Source of the DNA: Thermodesulfobacteriota bacterium
Lineage (GTDB): Bacteria; Desulfobacterota; BSN033; WVXP01; G020346125
Direction of reading: 5' to 3'
DNA length: 64,000 bases
Assembly (NCBI GenBank): GCA_041862515.1
Contig: JBGVTJ010000317.1
Span: 1,890-65,889, forward strand
Every line of letters begins with the position of its first letter. Position 1 is the stretch's first letter. Below, piece by piece: positions 21,308 through 29,543 of the stretch. Under the pieces are notes generated by a model, which saw nothing but the letters and a program-made list of their open reading frames with translations, was not told the DNA's origin and did no database searches. A program made the position numbers and the translations under genes.

Positions 21308-21599
21308 TCACGATCCCTCCTTTGGGTTTTGTGATTTTTTTAACATAGTATTTTTCAATTGTCAACTAAATTATCAAGTTGTACTTAACGCACCGAAAAC
21401 GGGAATAATCCTTTTAGGGCCTATATTCCCGATTCTTTGGTTCAATCCAAAGCAAATAATTCCTAAGAAACAACATTGTTTATTGGTAGAGAGTAATCAG
21501 TCTCTCTTGTATTCCTCATTTTGGTTAACTATGAAAATGTGACCAAAACATATAAGAGGAAGGGAGTGCTGTGCTGAAGGCTGGTTTTGCAGATTGATC

Positions 21600-23123
21600 C
21601 TACGTGCGGGCTTTGACGTGAGATAGATATTCATGATCGTCCTGGACATTGCTGTTTTTTGGTGATCCTCCAGTTTTTCCCCGGAAGCAGTTAGGGTCTG
21701 GTCCAAAGAGGTCTCCGAAGTAGGTGTAGGCACGTGCCCTGCATCCTCCACAGATATCACGGATTGAACAACGCCCGCACCAGCCTCCGATATTCTCCCT
21801 GTTCCTCAGTTTTATCAAGACAGAGTTTTTAGTCCAGACTTCCGCGAGAGTTTTTTCCCGAATATTTCCGATCTTCAATGGAAGCATGTCGCAGGGCCTG
21901 ATAGAACCATCAGGATCAACCGAAAGGAGAGTGATGCCTGCAGAACACCCCTTGGAGAAAAAAGCGGCTCCCGCCTGGATGCGGCCATAGGGGAGGAGCT
22001 TCATTGCTCCCTTGACTAACTGGTTAAAGGAGAATTCCCTCAGTATTCTATCGGCAACGAGTGGGGCCTGGGGAGCCGTCGTCGATATCTCCAGGGGACT
22101 CTCCCCCAAGATCTTACAGCGGGTTTCAGCCATGGTGAGATGGAGCATCTTCCTTCTTTTTTCACCATCCAGATCCAGTTCAACTTCATTACCTCCGCGT
22201 CCGCTGGGAACAAAGTTGAAGATAATGATCCTCTTGCAGCCCAGTTCCTTGGCCATCTGAACGATTGCGGGGATCTCCCGGAAGTTCGCTTGGGTGGCTG
22301 TGATTGAGATTCCCGTGTCCAGACCTACGTCTACTGCATCTTGAATCCCTGCAATGGCCTTTTTCCAGCATCCCTTTCCGCGAAGGAAATCGTGGATTTC
22401 CGGGGAAACTGAATCGACACTGACTTTGACGTAGTCGAGACCAGCTTCCTTTAAGCAGCCAGCATTTTCGCGGGTAAGGAGGGTGCCATTGGTGATGAGA
22501 ACGGTGTAAAGTCCTTTTTGATGGGCCTCGTGAATCATTTCAGGCAAATCGGGAGCAGTCAGAGGCTCGCCGCCGGCAATCATAAGGGCGTTAGATCCCG
22601 CTTCCGCAACTTGCTGGATTAACTCAAGCTTCTCACCTCGGGTTAGTTCGTCTTTCATGGGGTTTTGATCGGCATCCACATGACAGTAAACACAACGAAG
22701 GTTACAGGATCGAGTAATTTCCCATACAAGGATAACCGGTGCCCCTGATGGCTGTGGAGTGGTTGCCCCGAACCGGCTGAATCCTCGAAGATAATTGAGA
22801 ATCAGATGGCGAGTGTGTTTTTCCGACAAGAGCGCCCTGAATACAGGACGGTCCACTCCGAGCCAGCCTCTCGGTATTTCCAAGAGAAATTGATACGCCA
22901 ACACTTCCAGGTAACAGAGCCAAGGAATAGAAATTTTGTTGTCTCCTTTTTCACCATAGTGAGCCATGGCCCTTTCCAGGTGATTGTCGCGACAGAGAGT
23001 GCATCGAGAGCTGGAGCTTCTCAAAAAGGACCGGAAAAGGGGGAAACCCGCCAACCGCTGTAAGCGTTCAATTGTCCCGAGGGTTGGGGTCGAGTAAAAG
23101 GACCGATTGGAGGATATTTTCAT
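21600..23123 (-). CDS. radical SAM / SPASM-domain enzyme with ~150-aa N-terminal extension (peptide or cofactor maturase, function unknown)
   Basis: 507 aa; CNLRCVYC (Cx3Cx2C) at ~res 155, C-terminal SPASM Cys cluster CGRCSIRDICGGCRARAY; N-terminal extension could be an RRE-like domain. Confidence 0.8.
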   Translation of the reverse strand: MKISSNRSFYSTPTLGTIERLQRLAGFPLFRSFLRSSSSRCTLCRDNHLERAMAHYGEKGDNKISIPWLCYLEVLAYQFLLEIPRGWLGVDRPVFRALLSEKHTRHLILNYLRGFSRFGATTPQPSGAPVILVWEITRSCNLRCVYCHVDADQNPMKDELTRGEKLELIQQVAEAGSNALMIAGGEPLTAPDLPEMIHEAHQKGLYTVLITNGTLLTRENAGCLKEAGLDYVKVSVDSVSPEIHDFLRGKGCWKKAIAGIQDAVDVGLDTGISITATQANFREIPAIVQMAKELGCKRIIIFNFVPSGRGGNEVELDLDGEKRRKMLHLTMAETRCKILGESPLEISTTAPQAPLVADRILREFSFNQLVKGAMKLLPYGRIQAGAAFFSKGCSAGITLLSVDPDGSIRPCDMLPLKIGNIREKTLAEVWTKNSVLIKLRNRENIGGWCGRCSIRDICGGCRARAYTYFGDLFGPDPNCFRGKTGGSPKNSNVQDDHEYLSHVKART

Positions 23124-23550
23124 CTGCGTTGCTCCCGGACGTTCATTTAAAAAGCCTGTTGTGCGGAAGGGAGAGTTTCATTCCTAGCATTGATCTAGTA
23201 AAGAAAGGATTCGTGCTCAAATTTTTCAGGTTGCTGATTAGACGCTCACCACCTGAAGGATAAAGAGCACAAAGCTCAGCTTTTGGGTTGTTCCACAAGC
23301 CCTAGGTAGATAGTAAGGATAAGCGATAAGAGGAGGTGTTGTCTAAAGGTTTGAAATTATAAATGAAATTGGGGGGTTGTGGAACTGCTATTACCTTCTT
23401 TCCTCATCCCCGTGTAAATTTCGATTAGAATCCTTGTGACCAATCAGAGATCCACCAACCCTCACAAAAGCATTTAAAAGGTCATAATATGCCTCATTAC
23501 AATTTGTAAATTGGCCTACCGAGGGATAGAGGGTAAAAGAATGTTAAACT

Positions 23551-23670
23551 TCAACTTGTCCTGGATTGGTGTTGACCATCAAAAATTGCCAAGAAGAGAC
23601 AAAATAGGGGGAGGATAAAAATCATCAAGCAAAGGCCGATTGCGACAATGATAAGGATAAACTTCACCAT
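23551..23670 (-). CDS. hypothetical 39-aa hydrophobic peptide (single TM) upstream of radical SAM gene
   Basis: Hand translation MVKFILIIVAIGLCLMIFILPLFCLFLAIFDGQHQSRTS*; RBS GGAGGAGG 7 nt upstream; not in ORF track (<60 aa). Confidence 0.35.
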   Translation of the reverse strand: MVKFILIIVAIGLCLMIFILPLFCLFLAIFDGQHQSRTS

Positions 23671-24083
23671 GGTCATACCTCCTCCTTGGTTTTTGAATAG
23701 AACTGCATGGCTCTTAATTCCGGCCAAGTCATTTTGTTAATAATAACTTAACACGACATGCCAGCCCTGTCAAGACGAAATGAGGAATATGAGAACGCAT
23801 GACCCTTTGCATATTACGGCGCATTAGCGATTTTCACTTGTTTTTCGTTCTTTGATTGATAGAGAACTGAGGAATTCTCTTGGACTTAGGTCCTGGCGGG
23901 ATCGAACTGGAGAAGGAACCCCAAAAATCGTTACCTGGAATCGATTGTAGGTATTCCAAGAGTAGGAGATTAGTGGGATCCGTACCCCGCTCCACATGAC
24001 ATGCATTTCTGCGAGAAAAAGGCTGACAACTGTCGTAAATCGGTATTAAGTGTTCCTTAACAAATGCGCAATTAATTGGAACT

Positions 24084-25010
24084 GTGCAGCAGGAAAAGGG
24101 GGAGCATGGAGAGTGGCAAAAACCGACTAAGCCGTTATGTGGAGGAAACGAGTTGAAAATAAGAGATATCATGACGGAAAATCCCATCACCGTGGACCGC
24201 GAGACTTCCATTTTAGAGGCTATGGGGATTATGAAGGAGAACAACATTCGACGGCTCCCCGTAGTCGATAAGGGTAGACTGGTTGGGATGGTTACTGAAA
24301 GGATGATCTTGGAGGCTTTTCCCTCTCCGGCCATGTCGTTGTCGATTCACCAAGTCCGTTATCTTATAGAGACGGTGATGGTGAAGGATATCATGGTCAA
24401 AAACCCCATTACCATTCCTCCGGGTGCGAATTTTAAAGATGTACTACTCTTGTGTCATGAGAAAAGGATCTGCAGTTTCCTGAGTTTCTAGGGAGCACCG
24501 CTACTCATGAGCGATATTTACCGGAGAAGGGTCACATCAGAACAGGCCGTTGCCCGGGTTCCCTGGAGCGAACATTAAAGAATTTTGGCTACCCATTCTT
24601 AGGGAAGCGAAACGACCGCAAATCCATTGTCTGAGCCCAGAGGGCGAGTTTTGGATTTGCAGTGAAGCGAACTGTAGAATGGTCCAAAATTCTTTTCAGT
24701 GAGCGAAAGGGAATTTGGGCAACAGACCCGAGCAACCGGAGGGACAACGGTGTTCACTTATGAGAAATATAATCGCATTTATAATCAATAGGTTATAAGA
24801 ATCCCATCCAAAAAACTCAGGAAACTTCAGAAAAGGACCGGGGCCCTTCCCGTTGTGGACAAAGGAAAATTGGTAGAGATTGCCACCGAATCCGAAATCT
24901 CTCACCGTTGGTGCGAAGGGGTGGGTCGCCGTCAAACAACCGCTTGCCCCATGGGTTTTGGAAATCAGCGGCGTGCGACGGCGAGGAGGCAAATAAGAGC
25001 ACGAAAATAA
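24084..25010 (+). pseudogene. CBS-domain pair protein gene interrupted in frame by a ~360-bp MITE-like insertion (5' part 24084..24491 ends in a stop inside the insertion; 3' part resumes at ~24830 in the same frame)
   Basis: 5' ORF has CBS1 (IRRLPVVDKGRLVGMVTE) and truncated CBS2 ...LLCHEKRI|; downstream in the same frame ...QKRTGALPVVDKGKLVEIATESEI... completes CBS2; duplicated EKR codons flank the insertion. Confidence 0.65.
24469..24831. mobile_element. MITE-like non-autonomous element (~360 bp) with 19-21-bp imperfect terminal inverted repeats and ~8-10-bp target-site duplication
   Basis: Left end (TC)TGCAGTTTCCTGAGTTTCT; reverse complement of right end (TC)TGAAGTTTCCTGAGTTTTT (17/19, 19/21); flanking direct repeats GAAAAGGATC / GAAAAGGACC; no internal ORF; internal GAAGCGAA-type repeats. 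Confidence 0.7.
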
Positions 25011-25047
25011 TTGCAATGAGGAAAAACTTCAGAGTGGACTTTCTCAT
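24817..25047 (-). CDS. possible small secreted protein (uncertain; overlaps 3' remnant of CBS gene on opposite strand)
   Basis: MRKSTLKFFLIAIIFVLLFASSPSHA|ADFQNPWGKRL... convincing signal peptide, but overlaps the + strand CBS remnant. Confidence 0.3.
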   Translation of the reverse strand: MRKSTLKFFLIAIIFVLLFASSPSHAADFQNPWGKRLFDGDPPLRTNGERFRIRWQSLPIFLCPQREGPRSFSEVS

Positions 25048-25161
25048 GTTCCAATATTGGCAGAGTTGAACAAGATTCATCAGAAATAAAAATCATGGAA
25101 TAATCCGACTCTTTCGACTACCGTTAGGAGTTTGTTCGGAGGGACATTTTGGAAATACTTC

Positions 25162-25401
25162 TTATCTCGCCACCCTTACATTGGCCGCCCGGAAACCTTT
25201 AGGCCCCTTCTTCAACTTGAACTCCACATTGATACCGCTTTCCAAGACCTCGAAATCCTCTCCGTGCAGAGCGGAGTGATGGAAGAAGACATCCTCCCCA
25301 TTTTCCGTCTTGATGAAACCGAAACCCCGGAACCGGATAAGGCTCTTTATCTTACCTTTCAAACCTTTCATCTCCTTCCTTAAAGCATCTATTAGCTTCA
25401 A
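25162..25401 (-). CDS. cold-shock domain protein (CspA family)
   Basis: 79 aa; RFRGFGFIKTENGEDVFFHHSAL... CSD RNP motifs; ATGA-coupled to upstream STAS gene. Confidence 0.8.
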   Translation of the reverse strand: MKLIDALRKEMKGLKGKIKSLIRFRGFGFIKTENGEDVFFHHSALHGEDFEVLESGINVEFKLKKGPKGFRAANVRVAR

Positions 25402-25745
25402 TTTTGCCCTTCTAAGAGTCGAACGGCTTCCTTTGGATCATTTGTATGGCAAAATAGATCAAGAGTCTTAGAGGTTCTGAGTACCCTCTTCGCTGTTTCC
25501 TGCAAATTGAGCAGTATCAGATCTCCCCCCTTACTCCTGAGTATATTCGTCAATGAAAGAAGGACCTTAATTCCAGCACTGCTCAAAAAAGTGACACCTG
25601 AGCATTCAAGGATGATCTTTGTAGTTCTTCTCAATATTGGTTCAAGGCAGTCCTCTAGTTGCGACGCATAATAGGAATCTAGTCTTCCCTTTACTTTGAT
25701 GAGGTGAATGTCGTGTTCTTTGAGATATGAAATATCAAGATCCAT
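25398..25745 (-). CDS. second STAS-domain anti-sigma-factor antagonist (paralogue of 16788..17156)
   Basis: 115 aa; HLIKVKGRLDSYYASQLEDCL...GVTFLSSAGIKVLL closely parallels HLVKLEGRLDANFSSQLEDEI...EVTYLSSSGLRVLL. Confidence 0.85.
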   Translation of the reverse strand: MDLDISYLKEHDIHLIKVKGRLDSYYASQLEDCLEPILRRTTKIILECSGVTFLSSAGIKVLLSLTNILRSKGGDLILLNLQETAKRVLRTSKTLDLFCHTNDPKEAVRLLEGQN

Positions 25746-25825
25746 AGCTATAGCTATCTACCTCTTTCTATCGGGCATTTCGAGCATTAAAAGCCTCTAT
25801 TTTAGGTGAGGGCTGGCTGAGCATA

Positions 25826-26101
25826 CTAAACCTGGCTGTCAAGACCATCAGCCCCCCTCTTTAAACGGTAAATCAGATCGCCAGAGTCATCATCGTTTTC
25901 TGCCCCCATAATTCTTTCTACTAACCCTTTGACGCTGAGATACTCCAGCCTCTCTGAAATTTCTTCTTTAGTTGTGCGCCCCTTCAATGCGTCGTCTTCA
26001 CCACATTCGTACCAGAGCTGCGAAAGGTTCAAATGTTCATAGAGGGAAAGGATCCGTAAGATATTTCGGTCAATTGTGTCTAATCTATTCTTTCTTTCCA
26101 T
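25826..26101 (-). CDS. hypothetical small protein, possible winged-helix regulator
   Basis: 91 aa ORF; DTIDRNILRILSLYEHLNLSQLWYE HTH-like segment; acidic C-terminus. Confidence 0.5.
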   Translation of the reverse strand: MERKNRLDTIDRNILRILSLYEHLNLSQLWYECGEDDALKGRTTKEEISERLEYLSVKGLVERIMGAENDDDSGDLIYRLKRGADGLDSQV

Positions 26102-26471
26102 TGGGATATTTCAATTGTTTTTGGAAATTCTCCACTCGTGCAAGTGTTAGTGACAACAAAGCCTTCACGTCAGGGAGAAAAATTGAGCATTGATAGACGG
26201 TTACTTTCCAACCGGGTCTGGCTATTCAGAGTTCACATTCTTCCAGGGTTCTTTCCTTTCAGATGTTAAGTATATGTTAACGACTATTAGGTGTAAATAG
26301 AAAAATAATTCGCTATGGACGTTAGGAACAGAGATCGTCCCTCGTGGCTGAGATAGGTGTAGTGCGGAAGTCTGGATATAAAGAGGTGAGGCTTTAGCCT
26401 AGTCAGTGGATGTTTTCAAAACCGAAAAGCCGGAACAATCCTTTCAGACACCTACAAGCCAGAGAGAAAAG

Positions 26472-26509
26472 GTTGCATCTTTGGTTCAACTTGCCCAAAG
26501 GTGTGCAAC
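26472..26509. terminator. hairpin (GTTGCA...TGCAAC stem) flanked by T-runs on both strands; probable terminator of the 26527..29190 gene
   Basis: GTTGCAtctttggttcaacttgcccaaaggtgTGCAACTTTTT on +; CTTTTCTCTCT follows on the - strand, 18 nt after that gene's stop. Confidence 0.45.
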
Positions 26510-26526
26510 TTTTTCAGAAAATTACT

Positions 26527-29190
26527 TCACGTGGGAGTCCTCAAGGATGCAAAAAGCAGAAGATAGACTGCACCATAGATACCCAAGAGGATTGCGTGGT
26601 AGGAGAAGATGTGGGAATTCCCCGGGGACCCGGTTGTCTCGCGCTCCATTGCTTGGATCTTGTACAGGATGTAGAGGGCCCATCCGATTCCGATGATGGT
26701 CAAAACAATCTGTACCGCCCATATGAGGTTTATGGTGATGATGGTAGATGAACTCTCTGTCCCGGCCGCAAATGGGATCTTAATCAACTGTAATGTCAGG
26801 CCGCTGCCCCCCGGCACATAGCGAAGATGATTGGCAAAATGACCACAGAGGGCCAGGGGGATAAAGGCGAAGCTGTAGCGGGTAACGTTCGTATCCGTTC
26901 CCGTTTTTTCTGCATCCCGATAGAAGACCAACCGGGGAAACTCCACGAGGAATAAGGAAAAGAAAACGATAATAACGAGGAGGATTGTGTAACCTTGGTC
27001 GGGAGTCAACCTTGGAAAGGGAAAAGCGGACTCAAGGAACAATCCAAATTGGGGCAAATCCGGCAAGATTTCCACAAACAGGAGGCTCGCCAGAAGGAGT
27101 GAAAAGAATGCTCCTCCTTTAACAGGTTTCGTTTGCGTCCATATCTCTTGTCCCGGCACACGCAAATTCAACTGGACCGACCTGTAAGGACAGTTTTGGA
27201 TGCAGTAGGTACAAACCCGGCAGCTCTGGTTATCTTCCAGGAAAAGGGGGTGGCGAAACATAGGGCATCCATAGGTCTTTCCCCCTTTGAAACATTCGTG
27301 GGTTTTGCACTCATTGATACAAACGTTGGTATTAGCTCGCACTTCCAGAATGGAGGCCATCGCATAGATTCCGCACATATTGCCAAGGGCACAGATGTAC
27401 CGACACCAGACTTTTCTTTCGAAGATGAGGCTGAAAATAATAGCTCCTAACGTAATGGATAGTAAGACGAACCCGGTAGGCAAGGGGAATTCACGGGCCC
27501 TCGTCACCTTCTCCAACCAGAGGATAAGCACGAAGAGAAAGGCGGGTAACCAGAGTTCCGTCCGCTTCAAGATTCCCGGGAGTTTCCGTTGAAGGCTGAA
27601 AAACCTCTGGATAAATCCTGAGACGGTCCCGATTGGACAGATAGCGCACCAGCTTCTGGCGGAGAAGAAGGAAAGGAGAAAGAGGCTCGGCCACCAAAGG
27701 GACAAGACCAGGATGTTGCCGATATTGTCCCCGCTTCCCCTCGGACCGAAGAAGAGCGAGTAAGATATGAAAACGAATACCACAACCGTGAAAGCACGGA
27801 CCAGATAGGGGTACATGCTGCTCTGGAAGTATCCTCGAACTAATGTGTTTCTGAGCAGGTTGTACTTTCCCCTTCCCTCAATGGAGGGAAGTCCCAGATA
27901 GATCTGATCGGGTACAATGGTATGCCCCTCGGTCAGGACGACGGCCCGTTCCACCACTTCTTCGAGTTCACCGACATTACCCGGGTATTGGTACGTGAGG
28001 AGGAGGTTCATCGCATCCGTTGAAACCCTTGGAATGGTCTTTCCCATTTGCCGAGCCGATTTTTGGGCGAAATGCTCAACCAATTCGGATATATCCCGTT
28101 TCCGTTTCCGCAAGGGGGGAACTTCGATATCAATACCCTCAAGTTGGTCCAGGAGTCCCTTGGAAAATGTTCCCCGTCTTGCCATTTCGGCGAGATCCAT
28201 CTCTGTAGTCGCGATCACCCGGACATCCGTCGAAAGCGTGTCCCCACCTCCAAGCCGTCGAAACTGTTTCCTCTCCATGAAGTCCGCCAACAGCCTCTGA
28301 GTGTCGTAAGGGAGCCTATCAACATTCTTCATGAGAAGAGTTCCCTTGTCGGCCAATTCCAGATAACCCAATCTCCGAGCGGTTGCCGTGGTAAAAGCCC
28401 CTCTTTCATATCCCACCAGCTCGGATCCCCAGGCCTCCCTCTTCAGCAATTCGCAATTGATGACGATGAATGGCTCCTCTTTTCTCTCCCCCTGATAGTG
28501 GATTGTGCGAGCCATCAATTCCTTGCCCGTTCCCCTCTCCCCCCGAATGAGGACGGGGTAGGAATTTGTGGAGGCCTTGCTCACGAGCTCCAAGACGGAA
28601 CGCATCTTCTTTGAACTGCCCACGGGACGGCTGTACCGAAACTCCTGTTCTTGACGGAGAAATCGGTTGAAGGCGACCTCCTTATCCCTGGCCTCTTCGA
28701 TCTGCTCATTAACCTTACGGATGCGCTGAGAGAGGATCGTAATGAAATGTCGATTAATGCCCGGATTGTCCTGTAATACCTCATCAAAATGCATTTTATA
28801 GAGGACCAGGACCTCCGTATCTTCAACCGCCTTGGTAGTAACTCCGCTCGGCTCGCCAGTTAATAATGACATCTCCCCAAAATAATCTCCAGTATGGTAG
28901 TCGGCGAGGATGATTTCCGCCCCCTCAACGTTGACCTCGATGGCCTGGACGTGCCCCTTCTTGATGATGTAGAGGCAGGCTACAGGAAGGTCCTTTTTGG
29001 TGATAAAAAGACCTTTAGGAATGTCTTCTACGAAAAGCCGTGAGGCTACCTTTTCCCTGGCCTCATGGGATATATCTTTAAATAAGCTAATCCCTTTAAG
29101 GAAATAGGCCAATTCCTTATTCTCGTTTTCCTGTAAGAATCTGTTAGGGGGTTGTTCAGTGGATTCCACCATATACTTATTCCCGAACAA
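26527..29190 (-). CDS. novel fusion: cNMP-binding domain + sigma-54-activator-type AAA+ domain (GAFTTA, Walker B DE->KN, no HTH) + NapH/MauN-type polyferredoxin membrane domain with two [4Fe-4S] motifs
   Basis: 887 aa; GDYFGEMSLLTGEPSGVTTKA (cNMP); GERGTGKE...GYERGAFTTATARRLGYLELADKGTLLMKNVD (EBP AAA+); ~10 TM helices with WCAICP and WCRYIC motifs, CINECKTHEC and CRVCTYCIQNCP ferredoxin motifs; no Fis-type HTH. Confidence 0.8.
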   Translation of the reverse strand: MFGNKYMVESTEQPPNRFLQENENKELAYFLKGISLFKDISHEAREKVASRLFVEDIPKGLFITKKDLPVACLYIIKKGHVQAIEVNVEGAEIILADYHTGDYFGEMSLLTGEPSGVTTKAVEDTEVLVLYKMHFDEVLQDNPGINRHFITILSQRIRKVNEQIEEARDKEVAFNRFLRQEQEFRYSRPVGSSKKMRSVLELVSKASTNSYPVLIRGERGTGKELMARTIHYQGERKEEPFIVINCELLKREAWGSELVGYERGAFTTATARRLGYLELADKGTLLMKNVDRLPYDTQRLLADFMERKQFRRLGGGDTLSTDVRVIATTEMDLAEMARRGTFSKGLLDQLEGIDIEVPPLRKRKRDISELVEHFAQKSARQMGKTIPRVSTDAMNLLLTYQYPGNVGELEEVVERAVVLTEGHTIVPDQIYLGLPSIEGRGKYNLLRNTLVRGYFQSSMYPYLVRAFTVVVFVFISYSLFFGPRGSGDNIGNILVLSLWWPSLFLLSFFSARSWCAICPIGTVSGFIQRFFSLQRKLPGILKRTELWLPAFLFVLILWLEKVTRAREFPLPTGFVLLSITLGAIIFSLIFERKVWCRYICALGNMCGIYAMASILEVRANTNVCINECKTHECFKGGKTYGCPMFRHPLFLEDNQSCRVCTYCIQNCPYRSVQLNLRVPGQEIWTQTKPVKGGAFFSLLLASLLFVEILPDLPQFGLFLESAFPFPRLTPDQGYTILLVIIVFFSLFLVEFPRLVFYRDAEKTGTDTNVTRYSFAFIPLALCGHFANHLRYVPGGSGLTLQLIKIPFAAGTESSSTIITINLIWAVQIVLTIIGIGWALYILYKIQAMERETTGSPGNSHIFSYHAILLGIYGAVYLLLFASLRTPT

Positions 29191-29264
29191 AGTTGATCGC
29201 CAAAGCTAATAACAAGAAAGTAGATTTTGTCAAGCTCATCACCGGCAGAGAGGTTGCATTTTCC

Positions 29265-29270
29265 ATTATA
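29265..29270 (-). promoter_or_regulatory. candidate -10 element (TATAAT, preceded by TTG) about 70 nt upstream of the 26527..29190 gene
   Basis: minus-strand sense ...ggatttattgTATAATgg... Confidence 0.25.
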
Positions 29271-29543
29271 CAATAAATCCATAGGTAGACAGAAGGGACT
29301 TCCGAAAATCAAGGGGATACGATTTGTTAAACGTCTAGTGTCCTTCCCAGATCCAAGAGAAAATCGAAGGGTTGCCCGATGGGTAGTAAGATGGAGGGGC
29401 TGAAGGTTTAACTTCTCCGAGGGGGAGATCATGGGTAAAAGAGGGTTCGTAACTGCTAGGATGATCTCGCGTCGGCCGCACCAGAGGATGCGAATATTAA
29501 GGATACTGAAGAGAGTGCTGTCTTTTAGAACTTTTACTTTTTC

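Noticed and set aside
23880-23910. tRNA-like TΨC segment (ggcGGGATCGAACtgg)
   Set aside because: Flanking sequence cannot form T-stem, acceptor or anticodon arms on either strand. At most a degraded tRNA or att remnant; not called.
24817-25080. Minus-strand ORF with a convincing signal peptide overlapping the CBS gene remnant
   Set aside because: Not fully rejected (listed as a low-confidence feature). It overlaps a + strand frame with a clear CBS motif, so only one of the two is likely functional. Cannot decide from sequence alone.
26406-26751. Two overlapping + strand ORFs (96 and 113 aa) downstream of the 887-aa gene
   Set aside because: Lie over the terminator hairpin and the 3' end of the minus-strand gene. 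No RBS, no recognisable domains.
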